NCBI GenBank assembly: GCA_963712745.1
Contig: CAVQJC010000017.1
Coordinates: 160,001-224,000, forward strand
Direction: 5' to 3'
Length of the DNA: 64,000 nucleotides
DNA from: an uncultured Chloroflexia bacterium
Lineage (GTDB): Bacteria > Chloroflexota > Limnocylindria > Limnocylindrales > CSP1-4
Positions 39,265 through 48,831 of this stretch are shown piece after piece. Made by a program: the position numbers and the translations under genes. The notes under the pieces were generated by a model. It saw only the letters and a program-made list of their open reading frames with translations. It made no database searches and was not told the DNA's origin. Position 1 is the first letter of the stretch; each line of letters begins with the position of its first letter.

Positions 39265-41127
39265 ATGAAGCGACGCCTCACAACGGCCCTCGTCCTGGCC
39301 GGCATCCTGGCCGGTCTGACCGCCTCCGCGGCCCCGGCCGGGGCCGCGGACAAGGACCTTTGCACCCGCACCGCCGATCCCGACAAGTCGGTGGCGCGCC
39401 TGTGGGACGAGGCCCTGCTCGACGCCATCCGCCGCGACTTCCCAGCGCCCACCGTGCATGCGCGCAACCTCTATCACCTCTCGGCTGCGATGTGGGATGC
39501 CTGGGCCGCCTACGACCCGGCCGCCGACGGTGTCTTCGTGACCGAGAAGCAGACGCGTGTCGATCCCCGAGCGGCGCGCGAGCGGGCCATCAGCTACGCC
39601 GCCTACGGCCTGCTCAGGCATCGCTACCGCGACGCCATCGGCGGTGCGGAGAGCCTGCAGCGGTTCGACGGGTTGATGGCGGCCCTGTGCTACCCCGTGG
39701 GGCGCACGCGCAGGACGGGCCAGACCCCCGCGGCGGTCGGTAACCGCATCGCTGCGCGCATCATCGAGCGCGGGCTCGAGGACGGCGCCCGCGAGCGCCA
39801 GGGCTACACCTATCCCAAGCGCGACTACCGGCCGGTCAACGAGCCCATGATCGTGGCGCTCCCCGGCACGGTCATGGTCGACCCCGATCGCTGGCAGCCG
39901 TTGGCGCTCAAGACGTCCATCGCCCAGAACGGCCAGCTCCTGCCCGATGGACCCCAGCACTTCGTGGGTCAGCACTGGGGCCGTGTCACCGCCTTCGCCC
40001 TGCCCGCCTCGGACATCGGTGTGCCCATCGACCCGGGCCCGCCGCCCTTGCTCGGCGATCCCCGGACCGAGGCGGCGTTCAAGGCGGCGGCCGAGGAGGT
40101 CATCGCCTTCAGCAGCCTGCTCGATCCGCGCGACGGGGTCAGGCAGGACATCTCACCCCGAGCCCTTGGTGGCAACACCCTCGGCACCAACGACGGCACC
40201 GGCCACGCGCGCAATCCGGTCACCGGCGAGCCGTACGAGTCGGTGGTGGTGCCGCGCGCCGACTTCGGTCGCGTGCTCGCCGAGTTCTGGGCCGACGGGC
40301 CCGACTCGGAGACGCCGCCCGGCCACTGGAACACGCTGGCCAACGCGGTCACCGACACACCCGGCTTCGAGCGCCGCCTGGGCGGCGACGGTCCCGAGCT
40401 CGATCCGCTCGAGTGGGACGTGAAGCTGTACCTCGCGCTCAACGGCGCGGTCCACGATGCCGCCGTCGCGGCCTGGGGTGCCAAGGGCTACTACGACTAC
40501 ACCCGGCCCATCGCCATGATCCGCTACCTGGGCGGTCTGGGCCAGTCGAGCGACCCGGCGCTGCCCTCGTACCACCCCCACGGCCTGCCCCTCGTCGCGG
40601 GCCAGGTCGAGCTCATCACCGCGGCCAGCTCGGCCCCCGGCGGGCGCCACGCCCACCTCGCCGACCATCTCGGCGAGATCGCCATCCGCGCCTGGACCGG
40701 TGGTCCGTACGATGCGGTCCACGACATCGGCGGCGTGGACTGGATCCGCGCGGTCGAGTGGGTGCCCTACCAGAAGGCGACCTTCGTGACGCCGGCCTTC
40801 GCCGGCTACGTCAGCGGCCACTCCACGTTCAGCCGCGCCGCGGCCGAGGTGCTCGCGGCCATGACCGGCTCCGAGTACTTCCCCGGCGGCCTGTCCAGCT
40901 GGACGGTCCCCGCCGGCTCGCTGCAGTTCGAGCGCGGGCCCGACGAGGATGTCGAGCTGCAGTGGGCGACCTACTACGACGCGGCCGACCAGGCCGGCAT
41001 CAGCCGCCTCTACGGCGGCATCCACATCAGCGCCGACGACCTGCGCGGCCGGGTCATGGGCTCGCTGTGCGGGAAGGATGCGTGGGCCCTGGCGCAGCGC
41101 TACTGGGACGGCACGGCCAGGGGCTGA
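39265..41127 (+). CDS. Secreted vanadium-dependent haloperoxidase (PAP2 superfamily)
   Basis: Vanadate-binding motifs KGYYDYTRP, YVSGHS and SRLYGGIH, plus a signal peptide. Confidence 0.85.
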   Translation: MKRRLTTALVLAGILAGLTASAAPAGAADKDLCTRTADPDKSVARLWDEALLDAIRRDFPAPTVHARNLYHLSAAMWDAWAAYDPAADGVFVTEKQTRVDPRAARERAISYAAYGLLRHRYRDAIGGAESLQRFDGLMAALCYPVGRTRRTGQTPAAVGNRIAARIIERGLEDGARERQGYTYPKRDYRPVNEPMIVALPGTVMVDPDRWQPLALKTSIAQNGQLLPDGPQHFVGQHWGRVTAFALPASDIGVPIDPGPPPLLGDPRTEAAFKAAAEEVIAFSSLLDPRDGVRQDISPRALGGNTLGTNDGTGHARNPVTGEPYESVVVPRADFGRVLAEFWADGPDSETPPGHWNTLANAVTDTPGFERRLGGDGPELDPLEWDVKLYLALNGAVHDAAVAAWGAKGYYDYTRPIAMIRYLGGLGQSSDPALPSYHPHGLPLVAGQVELITAASSAPGGRHAHLADHLGEIAIRAWTGGPYDAVHDIGGVDWIRAVEWVPYQKATFVTPAFAGYVSGHSTFSRAAAEVLAAMTGSEYFPGGLSSWTVPAGSLQFERGPDEDVELQWATYYDAADQAGISRLYGGIHISADDLRGRVMGSLCGKDAWALAQRYWDGTARG

Positions 41128-41183
41128 GGCGACGGCCGAGCGGCGGCGGGCACAACAGCGCCGGGCGTGGTCCTGACAGGCGC

Positions 41184-41603
41184 CTACGAGACCCGGCGCA
41201 GGCCGGCGATGTGGTCGAACCCTCGGTCAAAACTCATGATCTCGTTGATGCCGTGGCGTTGCATGATGGCCACGTGGATGGCGTCGCGTGCCGAGATGGA
41301 CCCCGTCGTCACCAGCAGGCGGCGCGCTCGTTCAGCGTCGATGCGCTCCACCGGCAGAACCTCATCGCTGATGCCCAGCAGCAGGGCAAACGCAGGGTCG
41401 ATGGCATCCCTGCGCCTGATCGATGCATACCGATGCATGATCTCCTGCAGGACCTCCGCGTCGGTCACGAGCGAGTGGCGGGCCAGCGCCGCTTCACTGA
41501 TCAGGCGCTGGGCCGCGACCTTGTTGGGGTGCACCTCGCCGATGACGTACATCGGGATGTTCGAGTCGACGAAGATGCGCTTGCTGGGCTCGGGCTCGGC
41601 CAT
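41184..41603 (-). CDS. vapC: PIN-domain VapC toxin
   Basis: IFVDSNIPMY..EVLQE..RDAIHVA..SFDRGFD. Confidence 0.9.
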   Translation of the reverse strand: MAEPEPSKRIFVDSNIPMYVIGEVHPNKVAAQRLISEAALARHSLVTDAEVLQEIMHRYASIRRRDAIDPAFALLLGISDEVLPVERIDAERARRLLVTTGSISARDAIHVAIMQRHGINEIMSFDRGFDHIAGLRRVS

Positions 41604-41857
41604 CAGGGCTCGGGCGGCACGTATCCGGTTTCGATCTCCGCGAGCATCTGGTCGATGTCCGCAGTCGGGAACGCGTGTCGAGACGCGATGGCGAGCGCTT
41701 CGAGCTTGACTGCGGGCTCGGCCAGGCGATCGTTCTCGAGCGAAGCGCGCAGCGAGAAGCGGACCCAGTCGGCCGTGGTCATGTTCCGAACGCGAGCGGC
41801 GGCCTGCACGCTCGCGAGCTCGTCCTCCTCGAGAAGGACTTGCAGGCGCTTACTCAT
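41603..41857 (-). CDS. VapB-type antitoxin
   Basis: MSKRLQVLL..WVR..FPTADIDQMLAEIE. TGATG coupling to vapC. Confidence 0.85.
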   Translation of the reverse strand: MSKRLQVLLEEDELASVQAAARVRNMTTADWVRFSLRASLENDRLAEPAVKLEALAIASRHAFPTADIDQMLAEIETGYVPPEP

Positions 41858-41893
41858 GGTGATGAGCCTAGATGACTCATCACCATGAGTCAA
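41852..41893 (-). promoter_or_regulatory. Leaderless promoter with a 15-bp inverted-repeat operator
   Basis: TTGACT-N17-TAGGCT-N7-ATG. Inverted repeat ACTCATGGTGATGAG (41852-66) / CTCATCACCATGAGT (41876-90). Confidence 0.8.
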
Positions 41894-41895
41894 CA

Positions 41896-44247
41896 CTACT
41901 GGCGAGCGAGGGCGATGCGGATCTCCGCCTCGTGGTCTTCCACCGGCTCTCCGCTGACGTCGTAAACGGCGCGGATGACGGTGCCGGTGAAGGCGAAGGG
42001 CGGAGCGTAGCGCTGCGTGACCGGCGCCCCTGCGTCAAGGCCTACCGATATGCCGCCAGCAAGCCCGATGGTGATGGGCATCGTCACCGGCAACTCGCCC
42101 GAGCCGATGGCCTCACCGTCGACGAAGAGGGTGATGGTCCCTGGCGTGCCCTTGCCCTTCATCGGCTCGGCCGGGCCGGTGGGCTGGAACTCGAAGCTGA
42201 GGATGTGCTTGCCGGACGGAACGTCTGAGCCCGAGACGATGTCGAACTCCTGGTCGGCGACGTAGTTGTAGGTGTAGTGCAGCTTGCCGTCCAAGACGTA
42301 GAGACTGAACCCGCCGTCGACGCCACCCTGGCTCAGCAGCACCCCCTCCGCCCCCTCGTCGGGGATGACCACGCCCACGTGGGCGCTGTGGGGTCGGTTG
42401 AGCCATTTGGGTGCGGCATTCGGTGGCACCTCCTGCGTGCCCGGGTAGTAGGTGTAGCGGGTACGGTCGGGCGCGATCTGGGGCCGCTCGTCGGCGAAGC
42501 GTTGCTGGCCGCGGCCGTCCACGGGCAGCACGTTGTACTTGCCTGCCTCCGAGTACCAGAGCGCGATCATCTCGATGAGCTTGCCCCGATGCTCGGCCGC
42601 TACGTCGTGGCTCTCGGTCCAGTCCTCGGCCACGTGGTACAGCTCCCAGCCGCCGGCGTCGAGCTCGGTCAGCTTCTCCGCGGGGATGGGGGTGCCAAAG
42701 GGCTGACCTTCGGCGAAGGAGGGACCAGGCCAGGGGCAGACCGCCTTCCAGCCGTCGTGATAGATGGAGCGATGCCCGAGCATCTCGAAGTACTGCGTCC
42801 TGCGCCGGGAGGGCGCCGAAGCGTCGGCGATGGCCTCGGCCATGCTCAGACCCTCGATAGGCGACTGCTGCACGCCGCGGATGGAGGCCGGTGGCTCGAT
42901 ATCCAGCAGGTCGAGCACGGTCGGGACCATGTCGATGGCGTGGCCGTACTGCGTGCGCACTTCACCCTTGGCTTCCATGCCGGCCGGCCAGTGGATGATG
43001 AAGGGGTCGCTGATGCCGCCACGATAGGTCTCGCGCTTCCAGCGGCGGAAGGGCGTGTTGCCGGCCCAGGTCCAGCCCCAGGGGTAGTGGTTGAAGTACT
43101 TCGGTCCACCGATGTCGTCGATGGCGGCGAGGTTCTGCTCGAGGTCATCGGTCACGAAGTTGAAGAACTTGTTCTCGTTGATCGAGCCGGTAGGCCCGCC
43201 CTCGGAGCTGGCGCCGTTGTCGCTGATGACCATGACCAGCGTGTTCTCGAGCTCGCCCATCTCCTCGAGGAAGTCGATGAGCCGGCCGATGTGATGGTCG
43301 GTGTGCTCGAGGAAACCGGCGAAGACCTCCATCATGCGCGCGTACAGCCGGCGCTCGTCGTCGGACAGGCTGTCCCAGTGGGCCACGTCCGGGTCGTGAC
43401 GTGAGAGTTCCGTCTCCGGCGGGACGACGCCCAGCTCCTTCTGGCGCGCCAGGACCTTCTCGCGATAGGCCTCCCAGCCGTCGTCGAAGGCGCCCCTGTA
43501 CTTGTCCGACCACTCCTTGGCCACGTGATGCGGCGCGTGCATGGCGCCGGTGGCGAAGTAGAGGAAGAAGGGCTTGTTGGGCGCGACCTGCTTGGAGTCG
43601 GCGAGGAAGCCGATGGCACGGTCGACGAGGTCCTCGGTCAGGTGGTAGCCCTCCTCGGGCGTCTTCTCAGGCTCGACGCGGTGGTTGTCGTAGGTCAGCT
43701 CGGGGTAGTACTGGTGCGTATCACCGCCCAGGAAGCCGTAGTAGCGCTCGAAGCCGCGACCCAGCGGCCAGCGCTCGTAGGGGCCGGCCGCGGAGATCTG
43801 GTCGGCCGGGGTCAGGTGCCACTTGCCCACCGCATAGGTGTTGTAGCCCGCGCCCTGCAAGATCTCACCGAGGAAGCCGTTATCGAAGGGGATGTAGCCG
43901 TCGTAGCCAGGGAAGCCGGTGCTGATCTCGGTGATTCCGGCCATGTGGTTCGAGTGGTGGTTGCGTCCGGTCAGGATGCACGAGCGGGTGGGCGAGCAGA
44001 GTGCCGTGGTGTGCATGTTGCTGAAGCGCAGGCCGCCATCCGCGAGCTTGTCGAGGTTGGGTGTGCGGATGGGGCTGCCGTAGCAGCCGAGCTGCCCGAA
44101 GCCCGTGTCGTCGAGGACGATGAAGAGGACGTTTGGCGCGCCCTCCTCCGCGCGGCGAGGCGCTGGCCAGGCCTGCTCCGATTCATCGAAGGTCCGTCCG
44201 ACCACGCCGGAGAATGCCGTGCCGGGCCGGTATTCTTTGAGACTCAC
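41896..44247 (-). CDS. Arylsulfatase (formylglycine-dependent)
   Basis: PNVLFIVLDDTG, CSPTR, GKWHL and SDNG motifs. GTG after GAGGAGG. Confidence 0.93.
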   Translation of the reverse strand: MSLKEYRPGTAFSGVVGRTFDESEQAWPAPRRAEEGAPNVLFIVLDDTGFGQLGCYGSPIRTPNLDKLADGGLRFSNMHTTALCSPTRSCILTGRNHHSNHMAGITEISTGFPGYDGYIPFDNGFLGEILQGAGYNTYAVGKWHLTPADQISAAGPYERWPLGRGFERYYGFLGGDTHQYYPELTYDNHRVEPEKTPEEGYHLTEDLVDRAIGFLADSKQVAPNKPFFLYFATGAMHAPHHVAKEWSDKYRGAFDDGWEAYREKVLARQKELGVVPPETELSRHDPDVAHWDSLSDDERRLYARMMEVFAGFLEHTDHHIGRLIDFLEEMGELENTLVMVISDNGASSEGGPTGSINENKFFNFVTDDLEQNLAAIDDIGGPKYFNHYPWGWTWAGNTPFRRWKRETYRGGISDPFIIHWPAGMEAKGEVRTQYGHAIDMVPTVLDLLDIEPPASIRGVQQSPIEGLSMAEAIADASAPSRRRTQYFEMLGHRSIYHDGWKAVCPWPGPSFAEGQPFGTPIPAEKLTELDAGGWELYHVAEDWTESHDVAAEHRGKLIEMIALWYSEAGKYNVLPVDGRGQQRFADERPQIAPDRTRYTYYPGTQEVPPNAAPKWLNRPHSAHVGVVIPDEGAEGVLLSQGGVDGGFSLYVLDGKLHYTYNYVADQEFDIVSGSDVPSGKHILSFEFQPTGPAEPMKGKGTPGTITLFVDGEAIGSGELPVTMPITIGLAGGISVGLDAGAPVTQRYAPPFAFTGTVIRAVYDVSGEPVEDHEAEIRIALARQ

Positions 44248-44466
44248 CGCTGCCTCCTCGATGGCTGAACGGATCAGGAACGTCCTATCCGCAAGTGCAT
44301 CAGGTCCGAGTGTTGTGAGCACGTTAGCAGGGGCCCGAGCCGAACGTGCGTCCGCCCGCGAATGGCGGCCCCGCCGGAGAGGCCAGGGGTCGGTTCGCGG
44401 AGGTCTACGGTCGAATCTGGCTGACCCGACGCACGACCAAGGCAGAGGCGCGGTAGCCTCGGGGCC

Positions 44467-45645
44467 GTGGGAGTGATCGGTTTCCTGCGTGCGCATGTCG
44501 ATGCCCTGGTCGCCATGGTGCTGGCGGCTGCCTTCCTGGCGGAGGTCTACCTGGCCCAGTCGCCCATCACCGGCCAGTCCTTCGTCGCCTCGCTCGACAT
44601 CGACGAGGCCGTGGCCATCGGAGTTGGCACGGGCTTCCTGCTCTCGCTGGCCGCCCGGACCACGTTGCCCCTGCTGTCCCTGGCCTTGGCTTTCGGTGCC
44701 TTTGCCCTGCTGGGGCAGGGTGAGTTCGACGCCATCGCCACGCTCATGCTCGGCGCCGCGCTGGCGACCTATTCGGTCGGCGCCTGGACCGGCGGCCGCA
44801 CCGCCCAGATCGGCGCGGTCGGCGTCGGTGCCCTGGTGGGCCTGGTGGTGATTCGGGCCACGAGCGGGCCGGTCGAGCCGCGCGACCTGGCCGGGCCCAT
44901 CTTCGTGCTCTTCGGGTCATGGCTCCTGGGCCTGGCCGTACGCAGCATCCGCGCGTCCCGCGACGACGAGCGCGTGACCGGCGGGCTGGACTGGGAGGCG
45001 GCCGCTTCGATCGCAGCGCCGGACTCGGCCGGCCGCGACGAGACGGTGCGCGAGCTGCGCGACGTCATCGAGCGAGCCATGAGCGCGGTCATCCTGCAGG
45101 CTCGCAACGCTCGCCGCGCGCTCGACACCGACCCAGGAGCTGCTCACAAGGCTCTGACTGTGGTCGAGGCCGCCGGTACCGAGGCGCTGGAAGAGACGCA
45201 GCGGCTCACGGGCCTGCTTCTCTCGCCCGACGGCGCGCCGCTGCCGGAGCCACAGCCGGGCCTGGCCGACGTCGACTTCCTCGCCGAGCAACTGATCAAC
45301 GCCGGCCTGCCGGTGGATACGCGTGTGGAGGGACGGCCGCTGCCGCTCACGCCCGACCTGGATGCCGTGGCCTATCGGGTCATCCACGAGTCTCTCATGG
45401 CCACCTTGGACGGCGCGCGCGACGCGTCCTCCAGCGTGGTCGTTCGCTATGAGCCTGACGAACTCCAGATCGAGGTCGTCGACGACGGCATCGCTGCCGA
45501 GGGCGATAGTGGCGGAGAGACCGCAGGTCTCGTCGCCGTCCGGGACGAGGTCGCTGCCCTCGGCGGCACACTCGATGCGGGGCCCGGCGAGGAGCGAGGC
45601 TATTGGGTCCTGGCCAGGCTGCCTTACGAGCCCGACTGGAGTTGA
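44467..45645 (+). CDS. Membrane sensor histidine-kinase-like protein (HisKA_3 type) with degenerate catalytic motifs
   Basis: TM domain, RELRDVIER where RELHD..H is expected, PQPGL, AYRVIHE, IEVVDDG and GGTLDAGP. Confidence 0.75.
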   Translation: MGVIGFLRAHVDALVAMVLAAAFLAEVYLAQSPITGQSFVASLDIDEAVAIGVGTGFLLSLAARTTLPLLSLALAFGAFALLGQGEFDAIATLMLGAALATYSVGAWTGGRTAQIGAVGVGALVGLVVIRATSGPVEPRDLAGPIFVLFGSWLLGLAVRSIRASRDDERVTGGLDWEAAASIAAPDSAGRDETVRELRDVIERAMSAVILQARNARRALDTDPGAAHKALTVVEAAGTEALEETQRLTGLLLSPDGAPLPEPQPGLADVDFLAEQLINAGLPVDTRVEGRPLPLTPDLDAVAYRVIHESLMATLDGARDASSSVVVRYEPDELQIEVVDDGIAAEGDSGGETAGLVAVRDEVAALGGTLDAGPGEERGYWVLARLPYEPDWS

Positions 45646-45695
45646 CCGCTCCGAGTCGCTAGGCTGTGGCGCCCACCCCCACAGGAGGATCCCCC

Positions 45696-46106
45696 ATGAG
45701 CGCACTGGGCAGTGGCACCAGGGATGACCCCTGGGTCTTGCAGACCCCGCCCGGCTCGTCCGAGTACACGATGTACCGCGACGAGGAAGCCGATCCGCCG
45801 GCGCTGATCTGCCAGGTCGGTTCGACGAAGCTCTCATACCAGCTGCGTTGCATCGAGGACCTGCACGCGATGCTCAAGGCGCACGGCGACTGGATGGACC
45901 TGGGCGCTGCGGACGAGAGCAAGGAGGCCAAGCCCGACACGGTCGAGGCCTGGGGGCGTGCGGCCGATAACCCGGTCGGCGGCTTCTATGGGCTGCGCAA
46001 GGGCTACCGCGGACGCTTCGGCATGTACGTTCCGCCGTTGCTGGAGGCGTTGGGCCTGGCCGAGCTCACCCACGAGAAGCGCAACAACCGTATGCGCGCG
46101 AGGTAG
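45696..46106 (+). CDS. Conserved hypothetical protein (DUF6855-like)
   Basis: ATG after AGGAGG. GTRDDPWVLQTPPG..GLRKGYRGRFGMY..NNRMRA; family name recalled from memory. Confidence 0.7.
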   Translation: MSALGSGTRDDPWVLQTPPGSSEYTMYRDEEADPPALICQVGSTKLSYQLRCIEDLHAMLKAHGDWMDLGAADESKEAKPDTVEAWGRAADNPVGGFYGLRKGYRGRFGMYVPPLLEALGLAELTHEKRNNRMRAR

Positions 46107-46127
46107 GCGCCACGGGCCACGAATCAG

Positions 46128-46159
46128 GAAGGCCGCCCGGGTTGCCCGGACGGCCTTCG
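46128..46159. terminator. Hairpin between convergent genes
   Basis: gaaggccgcccggg-ttg-cccggacggccttc. Confidence 0.65.
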
Positions 46160-46175
46160 TCTGAGTGTGGGGAGA

Positions 46176-46439
46176 CTAGCCGGCGTCCTCGACTTCGGCC
46201 GCCATCGACTCGACGGCCTCCGCGGCCATGGACTCGACGGCCTCCATCGTCTCTTCTGCCTCGGCGGCCATGGACTCGACGGCCGCCATCGTCTCCTCGG
46301 CCTCGGCGGCCATGGACTCGACGGCCTCGACGGCCGGCGCCTCGGAGGGCTCGGGCGTAGCGTCGTCGCCATTGTCACAAGCGACGGCCACCGCGCTCAG
46401 GCTCACGGCGAGCGCGGCAGCGATCAGGATCTTCTTCAC
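46176..46439 (-). CDS. Small acidic lipoprotein with tandem AVESMAAEAEETM repeats
   Basis: GTG start with GAGG upstream, lipobox AVA-C, 39-bp tandem repeats. Confidence 0.75.
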   Translation of the reverse strand: MKKILIAAALAVSLSAVAVACDNGDDATPEPSEAPAVEAVESMAAEAEETMAAVESMAAEAEETMEAVESMAAEAVESMAAEVEDAG

Positions 46440-46602
46440 GGTGTCGGAACCTCACGTATAGGGTTTGTGCCAGAACGCTTCGTATCGTATGCCAGATGGC
46501 GCTTGTACGTCCGACTCCCGCGCCGCCGCCGTCGTACCATCGCCCGGCGCGGCTTCACCAGGACCGCCGAGATCGCCAGGCCGAGAAAGGAGTCGCTCGG
46601 GC

Positions 46603-48831
46603 ATGCCCATCGAGTGGCGCCAGGACGGGCGCCAACTGCATCTCCACAACGACACCATCAGCTACGTCATGCGCGTGCTCCAGTCGGGCACCCTGGCTCA
46701 CCTCTACTTCGGCCCGCGCCTGGCGGTCGGACGTGACTACGGGCACTTCGTGCGAAGCTCATACGTCGCCCACTTCAACCAGGTGCTGGACCCGGTCCCG
46801 CTGGAGCTACCGACGGCCGGCAGCGGCGACTTTCGCGTCCCCGGCCTCACCGTCCGCCACGCGGACGGCAGCACCGTCCTGGACCTGGTCTATCGCGAGC
46901 ATGCGATCAGCGCGGGCAAGCCGCCGCTGGACGGCCTGCCCAGCACCTACGTCGACGACGACGCCGAGGCAGATACGGTCGAGATCTGCCTTGTCGACGG
47001 CAACTCGAGCATGCGCGTGCGCCTGTACACGACCATCTATGCCGAACGTCCGGTGGTCACGCGAAGCATGCGTGTCATCAACGAGGGCCCCGGCGACGTC
47101 AAGATCACGACCGCCATGAGTGCGGTCCTCGACCTGCCCGATCCCGACTGGCATCTCTTGCAGCTCACCGGCGAGTGGGCTCGCGAGACGCACATCACCG
47201 ACGCGCCTCTGGTCGCGGGCACGCGCGCTGTGCGCAGCCAGCGGGGCGCGTCAGGCCACCAGCAGAACCCGTTCATGCTGCTCCGCCGCCCGACCACGAC
47301 CGAGTCCGCGGGCGAGGCTATCGGCATGTCGCTCGTCTACTCGGGCAACTTCCTCGCCGAGGTCGAGCGCGACTCGACCGACAGCGTGCGGGCACGCATC
47401 GGCTTCGATCCCGAGACCATCCGCTGGCAGGTCAGCGCGGGCATGGACCTGCAGATCCCCGAGGCCGTGCTGGTCTGGTCCGACGAGGGCATGGGTGGTG
47501 TGTCCGACGCCTACCACCGGCTCTACCGCGAGCGGCTGGCCACAGGCGCCTGGCGGGACAGGCCTCGGCCGGTGCTACTCAACAGCTGGGAAGGCGTGTA
47601 CTACGACTTCGACGAGGACGCCCTGATCGAGATGGCCCAAGCAGCCAGGGAGCTGGGCGTGGAGCTCTTCGTGCTCGATGACGGGTGGTTCGGCCAGCGC
47701 GACGACGACAGCTCATCGCTCGGGGACTGGACGGTCGACCTGCGCAAGCTGCCCTCTGGCCTGCCCGAGCTCGTCGACCGCGTCAACGAGCTCGGCCTGC
47801 TCTTCGGTATCTGGATCGAGCCCGAGATGGTGAGCCCGCGCAGCCGATTGTTCGAGCTGCATCCCGACTGGGCCGTGGGCTTCCCCGGCCGCCCACGCTC
47901 CGAGCTGCGCAATCAGTATGTGCTCGACATGTCCAATCCCGAGGTCGTCGACTACCTCGAGCGCGTCGTCGGCAACGTCCTCGCCAGCGCGCCGATCGCC
48001 TACGTGAAGTGGGACATGAACCGGGTCATCACCGAGCCCTACGGCGCCTCGCTGCCGCCCGAGCGCCAGAACGAGTTCTTCCACCGTTACATGCTCGGTG
48101 TCTACGATCTCTACTCGCGCTTGACCGAGCGCTTCTCCGAGGTCCTCTTCGAGTCGTGCGCCGGCGGCGGAGGCCGAAACGACCCGGGCATGCTCGCCTT
48201 CGCGCCGCAAGCCTGGATCAGCGACGACACCGACGCGGTCGAGCGCCAGAAGATCCAATACGGCACCTCGCTGGTGTACCCGCTGGTGGCCATGGGCGCC
48301 CACGTCTCAGACGTCCCCAACCACCAGCTGGGCCGGGTCACACCGCTGGAGACACGGGCTGCGGTGGCCTTCTTCGGCAACCTCGGCTACGAGCTGGACC
48401 CCCGCCAGCTCGACGAGGTCGAGCTCGAGCGGGTCCAGGCGCAGATCGCCTGGTACAAGGAGCGCCGTGAGCTCATCCACGGTGGACGCTTCCACCGTCT
48501 CCGCAGCCCCTTCGAGGGCGACCGCAACGAGACCGCCTGGATGGTCGTCGCCGATGACGCGAGCCAGGCGCTGGTGGGCTGGTACCGGACGCTGTCGAAG
48601 CCGCTGCCGGGGCCGTCGCTGCTGCGTGTCCGGGGACTCGACCCCGGGCGCCGCTACCGCGTCACGGTATGGCCCGAAAGGGATGACTGGGTCAACCGCG
48701 CCAACGCGCTGGAGCGGGGTGGGGATGAACTCATGGCCCAGGGGCTCTTCCTTGACGACCATGCCTGGGAGTCGCAGGCGCGCGGCGACTTCCGGGCCCA
48801 CATCTTCGAACTGGAAGCGGTCGCCGGATGA
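46603..48831 (+). CDS. Alpha-galactosidase (GH36)
   Basis: NSWEG.YYDF, FVLDDGWFG, FGIWIEPEMV, YVKWDMNR, ESCAGGGGR and SDDTD motifs. Confidence 0.95.
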   Translation: MPIEWRQDGRQLHLHNDTISYVMRVLQSGTLAHLYFGPRLAVGRDYGHFVRSSYVAHFNQVLDPVPLELPTAGSGDFRVPGLTVRHADGSTVLDLVYREHAISAGKPPLDGLPSTYVDDDAEADTVEICLVDGNSSMRVRLYTTIYAERPVVTRSMRVINEGPGDVKITTAMSAVLDLPDPDWHLLQLTGEWARETHITDAPLVAGTRAVRSQRGASGHQQNPFMLLRRPTTTESAGEAIGMSLVYSGNFLAEVERDSTDSVRARIGFDPETIRWQVSAGMDLQIPEAVLVWSDEGMGGVSDAYHRLYRERLATGAWRDRPRPVLLNSWEGVYYDFDEDALIEMAQAARELGVELFVLDDGWFGQRDDDSSSLGDWTVDLRKLPSGLPELVDRVNELGLLFGIWIEPEMVSPRSRLFELHPDWAVGFPGRPRSELRNQYVLDMSNPEVVDYLERVVGNVLASAPIAYVKWDMNRVITEPYGASLPPERQNEFFHRYMLGVYDLYSRLTERFSEVLFESCAGGGGRNDPGMLAFAPQAWISDDTDAVERQKIQYGTSLVYPLVAMGAHVSDVPNHQLGRVTPLETRAAVAFFGNLGYELDPRQLDEVELERVQAQIAWYKERRELIHGGRFHRLRSPFEGDRNETAWMVVADDASQALVGWYRTLSKPLPGPSLLRVRGLDPGRRYRVTVWPERDDWVNRANALERGGDELMAQGLFLDDHAWESQARGDFRAHIFELEAVAG

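Noticed and set aside
44440-44466. AGAGGCGCG as the start of a lysine riboswitch
   Set aside because: A coding region starts about 20 nt later, leaving no room for the aptamer.
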